Shown piece by piece: positions 8,800 through 16,004 of a stretch of 40,301 bases of DNA; within the stretch, counting starts at the first letter, position 1; each line of letters opens with the position of its first letter. The stretch spans positions 1-40,301 of the forward strand of contig JANOAV010000088.1 in NCBI GenBank assembly GCA_031411295.1. The letters are read 5' to 3'. The notes below the pieces were generated by a model. That model was not told where the DNA came from. It worked only from the letters and a program-made list of their open reading frames with translations, and did no database searches. Source of the DNA: Verrucomicrobiales bacterium. GTDB lineage: Bacteria > Verrucomicrobiota > Verrucomicrobiia > Verrucomicrobiales > V1-33. Position numbers and translations under genes: made by a program.

Positions 8800-10489
8800 G
8801 GAAGGTTTCCTCCGGGTTGCGGCGGGCCTGGAAACCTTTGAGCATGGCTTCAAGCGTGGTGCCTAATTGTGAAAATGGAATACCAGTAAATACCTGCGTG
8901 CCCACTTTGCGATTCTCGCCAAAGCCTCCGCCAACACAGACGTGATAGCCTTCTTCAGACTCGCCACTGGCGTTCTTGACCTTGGTGGCCAGCAGGCCGA
9001 TGTCGCCCATGAAATGCTGAGCGCAGGAATGCGCGCAGCCGGTGAAATGAATGTTGATGGGCCGATCCAGCTTCACGCGTTTGTCGAGAAAATCCATCAT
9101 GGCGATGGCATGACCTTTAGTGTCAGCGGAGCTAAATTTACAATAACGATTCCCAGTGCAGGCCACAAATCCGCTGCGCACATTGGATTGGGAAGTGGGA
9201 AAGCCCATCTTATCAAGGAGCTTGCACACCGTGGGCACAAAGGCTTCAGGGATGTTGGGAATCAGGAAATTCTGCCACACCGTGAGGCGAACTTCACCGG
9301 TGCCATACGTGTCCGCCAATTGGGCGACCTTCTCCAGTTGCTTGTCCGTCATTTGTCCGACCGGCACCGTTGCGCCAATATAGAATAGTCCGGGTTGCTT
9401 CTGCGCGTGGGAGCCCACGTGAGTGTGGCCTTGCTGGCTGAAGGAACGGGGTTTGTTGAGCGGAGAATCGGCTGGGAGCAGCCGCAACTTCGTCTTCATG
9501 AGGGCTTCCACATCATCCCGGAAACCATCCAAGCCACGGGCTTCGATGATGTATTTCAAACGCGCCTTCTTCCGATTGGTGCGATCGCCATCGCGAATGA
9601 AGACGCGCAGAATCCCGGCCATCAGCGCGATGAGTTCCTCTGGTTTAACAATGACGCCCCAATCGCTGGCAAAGGTTTGATGTCCCGTGACACCACCGAG
9701 GCAAATGCGGAAATAGATGCCAGGATCGATTCCCAAGTCGTTGGGTAAAATTTCCACGGCACTAGCCCCAATGTCGTTTGTGTCCTCGACGGATGAAATC
9801 AAGCCGCCGCCATCGAAGGCAATATTGAATTTTCGGGGCAAGTCGTAGAACTCCTGGCCGCCAATGATGAGTTGGGAAAGTTCATGCACCAGCGGGCTGA
9901 CATCGATCAACTCATAGGGATCGATTCCCATCGTGGGATTAGCGGTAATGTTACGGATGTTATCCGCTCCCGCACCTTTGGAATGCAATCCGCAGCTCTG
10001 GATGCGGCGGAGGACATCCGGACAGTGCTTCGGCTCAATGACACGAATCTGGAAATTGTTCCGCGTGGTGATTTGAATGTATCCGCTGGTGAGTTCGCGG
10101 CTAATGGATGCCAGTTCACGGAGTTGATAGGACTTTACGGTGCCACCGGGGATCCGCAGTCGGCACATGTAGCCGTCTTTGACTGGATTCAACCAGAAGA
10201 GGCCGTTCCATTTGTAACGGAACGCCATATCCGCCTCGGGTGCTGCATTCCAGCGGGCGTCGAGTTGGAGTTGTTCAATCGCATCGAAGGGATTGAGATC
10301 GTGTTTGATGCGTTCTTCTTTGGTCAAATCATCCAGCGAAGGACCCGTGGGTGCCGCCACCGCAGCCGGAGCCAGACCACCAAAGGTGATGCCGCCGGCA
10401 TTGAGTCCGGCAAAGTAGCCTTCCAGATAACGTTGCTGCACGGCCGTAAAGCCTTCAGCGGCGGAGGGTGGGGGAGGGAGCGCGTTCAT
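8738..10489 (-). CDS. nirA: NirA-family siroheme nitrite reductase (nitrite/sulfite reductase hemoprotein)
   Basis: MCRLRIPGG, ITTRNNFQIR, ADNIRNI, LPRKFNIAF and the siroheme/[4Fe-4S] ligands ACTGNRYC and TGCAHSCAQH; next to a nitrate reductase. Confidence 0.88.
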   Translation of the reverse strand: MNALPPPPSAAEGFTAVQQRYLEGYFAGLNAGGITFGGLAPAAVAAPTGPSLDDLTKEERIKHDLNPFDAIEQLQLDARWNAAPEADMAFRYKWNGLFWLNPVKDGYMCRLRIPGGTVKSYQLRELASISRELTSGYIQITTRNNFQIRVIEPKHCPDVLRRIQSCGLHSKGAGADNIRNITANPTMGIDPYELIDVSPLVHELSQLIIGGQEFYDLPRKFNIAFDGGGLISSVEDTNDIGASAVEILPNDLGIDPGIYFRICLGGVTGHQTFASDWGVIVKPEELIALMAGILRVFIRDGDRTNRKKARLKYIIEARGLDGFRDDVEALMKTKLRLLPADSPLNKPRSFSQQGHTHVGSHAQKQPGLFYIGATVPVGQMTDKQLEKVAQLADTYGTGEVRLTVWQNFLIPNIPEAFVPTVCKLLDKMGFPTSQSNVRSGFVACTGNRYCKFSSADTKGHAIAMMDFLDKRVKLDRPINIHFTGCAHSCAQHFMGDIGLLATKVKNASGESEEGYHVCVGGGFGENRKVGTQVFTGIPFSQLGTTLEAMLKGFQARRNPEETFHDFCHRHPLGELQAVFCEAS

Positions 10490-10519
10490 GATGGTTTTGG
10501 GAGATTGATTTCTGCAAGC

Positions 10520-12145
10520 TCAATAGACATCGCGGGCGTAGCGTTTGCTCTTCTTCAGGTCGGCAATGAAGCTCGCGGCTTCGGCTTCATTCATGGCGCC
10601 ATGGGTTTGGGCGATTTGATGCAGGGCGGCATCCACGTCCTTGGCCATGCGGGAAGCATCCCCACAAACGTAGAAGTGAGCCCCCGCAGCCAGCCATGCC
10701 CAGAGTTCACTGCCACGCTCCAGCATTTTGGTTTGCACATAGATTTTTTCCGCCTGATCCCGGCTGAAAGCGAGATCCAATTTTGTCAGCGTGCCTTCGC
10801 GAAAGAAGGCTTCGATTTCATCCTGATACAGGAAATCTGTGGCGACATGTTGATCACCAAAGAACAGCCAATTGCGGCCGGTCGCCTGGGTCGCTTTGCG
10901 TTCTTGGAGGAACGCGCGGAAGGGAGCAATGCCGGTGCCGGGCCCCACCATGATGACGTCTTTGCTGAGATCGGTGGGCAGACGGAAATGGGGCGCGCTG
11001 TGGATGAAGACGCCAGTGGTCTTGCCGATATCCAAGCGGTCCGATAGGAAGGTCGAGGCGACCCCTTTATGATGAACCCCATCTTGCTCATAGCGCACCG
11101 CCCCGACCGTGAGATGCACTTGCTCAGGATTGGCTTTTAGGCTGCTGGAAATAGAATACAAGCGAGGCTGCAGTTTCCTCAGATCCGCCACGAAGGCGGC
11201 GGCAGTAACGTCCGTTGAGGTTTTGCCGAGCAGGCTCCGCACTTCATAAGCTGAAATTAAGGCTTCGCGCAGTGGTGCCATTTGGCCACCTGGCAGCGGC
11301 ACGAGCACACTCGGATCGAGAGCGTGATTTGCGATCACATGGTCCACCACGCCGGGGCAGTTTTGCACGCAGACACCAAGCGCATCTCCTGTTTCATAGA
11401 CTAACCCTGAGTCTGCCAATGAGAGCGCAATGTGACGCGTGTCCTTGGCCGACTCCGGTTCATTTAACATACGGTTTTCGAGCAGTGCGGCGGGGAATGG
11501 ATTCTTTTTGGAGTATCCCGTTGTTTCGGAAACTTCCTCAGACGCTGGGGCTGCCAAGGCTTGGGTGCCCCCAGTCAGCGCGCTGAACGCAGCGTCACTC
11601 CAGGATTGCGCCAGATCATCGAATTCCACATCACATTCCACTCGTGGACTAACGCATTCGGCCCCGAGTTCCTGGAAGCGAGCATCCAAGTCCCGTCCGG
11701 CTTTGCAGAAAGTGTCCGCGTAATTCATATCTCCCAGCGCCAGCACGGAGTAGCGCACGCCTTGCAGACTGGGCGACGATCCATTTTGATTCAATCCGCT
11801 CCAGAACCCAGCGGCATTATCCGGCATTTCGCCTTCACCCCAGGTGCTGGAGATAATCAGGACGTTCTTTTCCTTGGATAAATCGGCCGGAGCAATGGCC
11901 TCCAGTCCCAACGCGCGTGAAGCAAAGCCGCGTCCGGCAGCTTTTTTCGCCAGTTTTTTGGCTAAGCCTTCTGCGTTGCCGCTTTGGCTGCCAAATAAAA
12001 TTAAGAGCGGTTCGCTTGGAGCGGTTGCGGCCGGTGCGTTTACTTGGGTGCGACCTAACACGCCAGCCAGAAATCCGTTCAGCCACGCCCGTTGTTCGGG
12101 GGAGAAGGGAGCATTGTCTGGGATGAGCGGGGTTTGCGAGGTCAT
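10520..12145 (-). CDS. CysJ-like NADPH-dependent diflavin reductase (flavodoxin plus FAD/NADPH domains), probable electron donor to NirA
   Basis: GSQSGNAE, STWGEGEMPDN, LGD...FC, RLYSISSS, GVAST, MVGPGTGIAPFR, LFFG, AFSR, YVQ, YVCG and a terminal RYARDVY. Confidence 0.9.
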   Translation of the reverse strand: MTSQTPLIPDNAPFSPEQRAWLNGFLAGVLGRTQVNAPAATAPSEPLLILFGSQSGNAEGLAKKLAKKAAGRGFASRALGLEAIAPADLSKEKNVLIISSTWGEGEMPDNAAGFWSGLNQNGSSPSLQGVRYSVLALGDMNYADTFCKAGRDLDARFQELGAECVSPRVECDVEFDDLAQSWSDAAFSALTGGTQALAAPASEEVSETTGYSKKNPFPAALLENRMLNEPESAKDTRHIALSLADSGLVYETGDALGVCVQNCPGVVDHVIANHALDPSVLVPLPGGQMAPLREALISAYEVRSLLGKTSTDVTAAAFVADLRKLQPRLYSISSSLKANPEQVHLTVGAVRYEQDGVHHKGVASTFLSDRLDIGKTTGVFIHSAPHFRLPTDLSKDVIMVGPGTGIAPFRAFLQERKATQATGRNWLFFGDQHVATDFLYQDEIEAFFREGTLTKLDLAFSRDQAEKIYVQTKMLERGSELWAWLAAGAHFYVCGDASRMAKDVDAALHQIAQTHGAMNEAEAASFIADLKKSKRYARDVY

Positions 12146-12157
12146 GCCTCCTTATTC

Positions 12158-12174
12158 AGCACGGCTTGTGCCAA
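12158..12174 (-). promoter_or_regulatory. sigma54 (RpoN) -24/-12 promoter of the nitrate/nitrite operon
   Basis: Minus strand reads TTGGCACAAGCCGTGCT, close to the TGGCAC-N5-TTGCW consensus with exact GG-N10-GC spacing, directly upstream of ATG 12145. Confidence 0.75.
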
Positions 12175-12219
12175 GTTTTGGTGATGCCGTATGATCGAAG
12201 CATCATGTTTTTCGATAAG

Positions 12220-12236
12220 TGCATGAAATTTATTCA
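12220..12236. promoter_or_regulatory. Candidate NtrC-type enhancer site
   Basis: TGCATGAAATTTATTCA is TGCA-N9-TTCA, one mismatch from TGCA-N9-TGCA, with an AT-rich core, upstream of the sigma54 site. Confidence 0.35.
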
Positions 12237-12315
12237 TTTCCGCGAAATTGGGGTCGGTTGGAGGCGGTCAAATCTCGGTTTGCCAACTTCCCTCCCGGGT
12301 GCTTGTTCAGGGAGC

Positions 12316-13548
12316 ATGAATTTTCCCACCATCGACTGGTCCGCTGTGCGTTCACAGTTTCCGCTGCTGAGGCAAGTGCAGACCAACGGCCAACCCCTCC
12401 TCTATTTTGACAGTGCCGCCAGTTCCCAGAAGCCGCACCAAGTCATTGCTGCGCTGCAATATTACTACGAGCACGACAATGCCAATGTGCATCGTGGTTT
12501 CTACGAACTGAGCGCCCGAGCCACTGAGGCCTATGAAGCTGCTCGTCAGCGGGTTGCGGCATTGCTGGGCGCGGAGATAGATGAGATCGTGTTCACCAGA
12601 GGCACCACTGAAGCCATTAATCTGGTCGCCCACTCGTGGGCTCAGCGCAATCTGCGTCCGGGGGATGTGATCCTGCTCACGGAACTCGAACACCACAGCA
12701 ACCTTGTGCCTTGGCAACTGGCTGCGGAGCGCCACGGAGCCACGTTGAGATTTGTCCCGGTGTTAGGCGAGGATGGCGCACTGGATCTGGCGGCGGTGTC
12801 GGACTTGCTAACGCCAGCGGTCAAGCTCTTCGCTTTCCCCCATATTTCCAATTCGCTGGGAACCATTACTCCAGTAGCAGAGTGGTGTGGGATGGCCCGC
12901 AGCCGTGGCATCGCCACTTTGGTCGATGCCGCTCAGAGCGTGGGGCACATCCCGGTTGATGTAAAGGCGCTCGGATGTGATTTTCTGGTCTTCTCTGGTC
13001 ACAAGATGTGCGGGCCGACCGGAATCGGGGTGTTGTTCGGCACGGCGGCGGCTTTGGCCGACTTGCCGCCCTTTCATGGTGGTGGGGAGATGATCGAAAC
13101 GGTAAGATTCGACCGCAGCACCTACCGGGAGGCGCCCGCTAGATTTGAGGCCGGCACCCCACCGATTGCTGGTGCCCTTGGTCTCGCGGTTGCTTGCGAT
13201 TATCTGGAGGGGATCGGTCTGGGGGCAATTGAAGCGCGAGACCATGAACTTACACAGTTGCTAGTGGAGACACTGCGCGGAATCCCGGGAGTCCGTGTCC
13301 TGGGGCCGAACGGTGCCCGGGGAGCGCTCGCGAGCTTTGTGTTGGACGGGGTTCATCCCCATGATCTGGTTACCTTCACGGGCGAGCAGGGCTTGGCCTT
13401 GCGGGGTGGCCACCATTGCACCCAGCCACTCATGAGGAAATTAAACCTGCCAGGCACCACCCGCGCCAGCGTGTATTTTTATAACACCGAAGCCGAAATC
13501 ATGCGGTTAGGCGAAATCATCGCTGCCGCCAGTCGGTATTTCTCGTAA
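12316..13548 (+). CDS. sufS: Group II (SufS/CsdA-type) cysteine desulfurase
   Basis: YFDSAASSQKP, NANVHRG, FTRGTTEAIN, EHHSN, DAAQ, FSGHKM (PLP Lys), FEAGTP, RGGHHC (catalytic Cys) and RASVYFYNT. Start reassigned to ATG 12316. Confidence 0.93.
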   Translation: MNFPTIDWSAVRSQFPLLRQVQTNGQPLLYFDSAASSQKPHQVIAALQYYYEHDNANVHRGFYELSARATEAYEAARQRVAALLGAEIDEIVFTRGTTEAINLVAHSWAQRNLRPGDVILLTELEHHSNLVPWQLAAERHGATLRFVPVLGEDGALDLAAVSDLLTPAVKLFAFPHISNSLGTITPVAEWCGMARSRGIATLVDAAQSVGHIPVDVKALGCDFLVFSGHKMCGPTGIGVLFGTAAALADLPPFHGGGEMIETVRFDRSTYREAPARFEAGTPPIAGALGLAVACDYLEGIGLGAIEARDHELTQLLVETLRGIPGVRVLGPNGARGALASFVLDGVHPHDLVTFTGEQGLALRGGHHCTQPLMRKLNLPGTTRASVYFYNTEAEIMRLGEIIAAASRYFS

Positions 13549-13794
13549 GCAGTCGCAGAACGGGGCGTTGGCGTGGACGCGGACTGGATAAAAGGGGCGG
13601 CTCTGGAAGGTTCGAACCGTCAAGGTGGGCACAGTTCGCGTGGAGCCTCGGCCACGCGATCTTCGACTTGCACTGGATGCGGTGCTGGCGCATAACCCCA
13701 TAGCAGCGTAGTTTACCAAAGCCATCGGTGGCTCCCTGCCGAGCAAGCCGATCAAGTAAGTCTCCTAAACCACGATCCTTTCACCCCTACCACC

Positions 13795-15339
13795 ATGATC
13801 CCTCGTCAACTTCATCATGCCGCGCTGGCGTTAAGCTTGAGCTTCACTGTGGCCGCAGTGGCTGAGGCACCGCGTCCGATTACCTTCACCGAGGACATCG
13901 CTCCGCTAGTTTTTCAAAATTGTGCGGGTTGTCATCGGAACGGGCAGATTGCCCCATTCGCATTAACTGATTATGCCTCCGTCAAGAAACACGCCAAGCA
14001 AATGGTGGAAGTGACGGTTGACCGCACGATGCCGCCCTGGCATGCGGACCCGGGCTTCGTCGAATACAGTAATGACCGTTCCCTCACCAAAGCGCAGATT
14101 GAGTTGATCTCTGCCTGGGTGGCTGCTGGCGCGACTGAAGGTCCGGTCGATAAGCTTCCGCCATTGCCTCCCATGAAGGACGGGTGGCAGCTCGGACCAC
14201 CGGATCAGATCGCCACGATGGCGGAGCCGTTTACGGTGCCAGCGGAAGGGCGGGATATTTATCGGAAGTTCGTGATCCCGCTGAATCTAAACGAGGACAC
14301 TTGGGTCAGGGGAATCGAATTTCATCCAGGCGATCCCAAAGTGGTGCACCACATCCTTTATTACTTGGATACGAGCGGCAAGGCCCGGGAAATGGACGCC
14401 AAGGACCCGGGGCCTGGCTTCAAGGGGATGGGGCAGTCCAATGGAGATTTTCGCTATATTGGAGGGTGGGATTTGGGCACGCAGCCTGCGGAACTGCCTT
14501 ATGGTCTGCGCTGGTTCATTCCCAAGGGAGCTGATCTGGTAGTGCAAATCCATTATCATCCTAACGGTAAGGAAACAACCGACCAATCTTCCGTCGGATT
14601 CCACTATTCCAAAGAGCCTACGGCTCGTCCCTGGTCGATTATTCCGGTGCCACCACATTTCGGCATGATGCAGGGGATCGACATTGCCGCCGGTGAGAAG
14701 GAACACATCGAAAAGACCTCGTTCACAATCCCGGAAGATTGCGAGGTTTTCTCGGTCAACGCCCACGCGCATTATTTGGGTAAGCGCATGGAGATGACCG
14801 CCACCTTCAAAGACGGCTCCACCAAGTGGCTGCTGAAGACTTCCAACTGGGATTTCCAATGGCAGGAGGATTATGCTTTCAAGCAGTCGATCAAACTCCC
14901 GGCGGGCACTCGCTTGGATGTCTTGATGTCTTATGACAATTCCGCTGAGAATCCCAACAATCCCACCCATCCCCCAAAACGTGTCGTGTGGGGGCCCAGC
15001 ACCACAGACGAAATGGGGGTCATCACCCTGTGCGCCATTTTCAACACCAAGGAGCAGAAAGAGGCTACGCATCAAGCCTTGCGAGTCTATCTGGCGAATC
15101 AACTGATCGACCGCCTCCTCGAAGGAGATGAATCCGTCTTTGGATCCGTGCGCGGTGAGATCGGATCCAGCGATCAGGCCGCCAAGGCCGCGCAGACGCT
15201 CCAAGCGGCCCGGTTACCTTTGCTGGCATTAGATGCCGACAAAGATGGGAAACTTTCTCCAGCAGAACGCATTCCGGCAGTGGCCTTCGTGCTCCAAGGC
15301 TCCTTCATCAAGAGGCTCGGAGCGATCGGTTTCGACTAA
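13795..15339 (+). CDS. Secreted c-type heme plus copper type II (PHM/DBH-like) monooxygenase domain protein with a C-terminal EF-hand
   Basis: Signal peptide; CAGCH...MPPW; VVHH, QIHYH, AHAHYLG, WDFQWQ and TDEM; DADKDGKLSPAE. Confidence 0.8.
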   Translation: MIPRQLHHAALALSLSFTVAAVAEAPRPITFTEDIAPLVFQNCAGCHRNGQIAPFALTDYASVKKHAKQMVEVTVDRTMPPWHADPGFVEYSNDRSLTKAQIELISAWVAAGATEGPVDKLPPLPPMKDGWQLGPPDQIATMAEPFTVPAEGRDIYRKFVIPLNLNEDTWVRGIEFHPGDPKVVHHILYYLDTSGKAREMDAKDPGPGFKGMGQSNGDFRYIGGWDLGTQPAELPYGLRWFIPKGADLVVQIHYHPNGKETTDQSSVGFHYSKEPTARPWSIIPVPPHFGMMQGIDIAAGEKEHIEKTSFTIPEDCEVFSVNAHAHYLGKRMEMTATFKDGSTKWLLKTSNWDFQWQEDYAFKQSIKLPAGTRLDVLMSYDNSAENPNNPTHPPKRVVWGPSTTDEMGVITLCAIFNTKEQKEATHQALRVYLANQLIDRLLEGDESVFGSVRGEIGSSDQAAKAAQTLQAARLPLLALDADKDGKLSPAERIPAVAFVLQGSFIKRLGAIGFD

Positions 15340-15348
15340 TCCTCCCGC

Positions 15349-15630
15349 ATGCCCTCCCGCGGCCGTCACCAGAGTTCCTCCAAGGAATGCCACGCCACCA
15401 TGCGTCGAATCGAGTCGATGCCGGGTGTCATAGGTGTCATCATTGGTCGATCTTACGGCGGGAAATCTTTAGGGAATGGCAGCAGCACCGGAACCGTCAA
15501 AGTCCAGCGCAAAGCCCCGGGCGGCCTGAAAGCAGTGACCCAGACGGCCAAAGGATTGCAGGAAATTTTTATCCGCACCGAGGCTGGGCGGGAAGATGAC
15601 ATCGCTGAGGCGATTACTCAGTTAGGGTGA
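15349..15630 (+). CDS. Small conserved protein, DUF2103-like
   Basis: 93 aa, starts 9 bp after the upstream stop. The pattern GRHQSS...PGVIGVIIG...VKVQ...GLK......GLQEIFI resembles DUF2103 from memory. Confidence 0.5.
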   Translation: MPSRGRHQSSSKECHATMRRIESMPGVIGVIIGRSYGGKSLGNGSSTGTVKVQRKAPGGLKAVTQTAKGLQEIFIRTEAGREDDIAEAITQLG

Positions 15631-15645
15631 ACGGGTTGAAGGCTG

Positions 15646-15945
15646 CTAATTCTAAGTTGAGTTCAAAGGGACATCTTGTCAGATTCAAGCCGGAGGCTTG
15701 ACAGAAATTAGCCGGGGGTTGAGCGATAGCGATACCCCCGGTATTCCAACGAAGTGACCGCATCCCGGCAGGGATGCCAGAATAGGATCGTGCCAAACCA
15801 TTTCCTCTCATATTGCTGATCTGGCATCCCTGCCGGGATGCGATTCTTTTGGGCGCCTGACCGGGGGTATCGCTGGCGCTCAACCCCCGGCTATTTTCTG
15901 AGATCCCTCCGGGATCCTCTCATCTAGAACGCCACTTGGAATTAG
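15646..15945. mobile_element. 300-bp non-autonomous MITE-like element with imperfect terminal inverted repeats and nested REP-like hairpins
   Basis: The left end CTAATTCTAAGTTGAGTTC matches the reverse complement of the right end (CTAATTCCAAGTGGCGTTC) at 16 of 19 positions. Inner inverted pairs are 15702-15742 with 15860-15900, and 15759-15781 with 15820-15842 (perfect, 23 bp). A second copy lies at 1-106. Confidence 0.8.
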
Positions 15946-15972
15946 AGTCAAGTTTCAAGTCGGCATCATTTG

Positions 15973-15990
15973 AATCTAAAATTTTAGATT
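15973..15990. terminator. Perfect 18-bp AT-rich palindrome downstream of the beta-helix gene (terminator or operator)
   Basis: AATCTAAAATTTTAGATT is self-complementary and lies 14 bp past the stop at 16005. Confidence 0.35.
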
Positions 15991-16004
15991 TCACCCAAAC
16001 CAGT

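Noticed and set aside
9872..11047. 391-aa plus-strand ORF, and similar long ORFs at 14287-15204, 19582-20658 and 35557-36495
   Set aside because: They lie fully antisense to well-supported genes in GC-rich DNA and have no recognisable domains.
8738..12145. Calling the pair cysJ/cysI (sulfite reductase for sulfate assimilation)
   Set aside because: The operon contains a nitrate reductase and a sigma54 promoter and has no cysH/cysDN, and the hemoprotein is NirA-like. Sulfite activity is not formally excluded.
13560..13760. tRNA- or riboswitch-like sequence (GGTTCGAAC; hairpin TCGCGTGG...CCACGCGA)
   Set aside because: No T-stem, acceptor stem or cloverleaf can be formed and no known riboswitch consensus was recognised; at most a terminator-like hairpin.
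15685..15916. Possible CRISPR array
   Set aside because: The repeats are inverted and nested rather than direct repeats with uniform spacers, and there are no cas genes.
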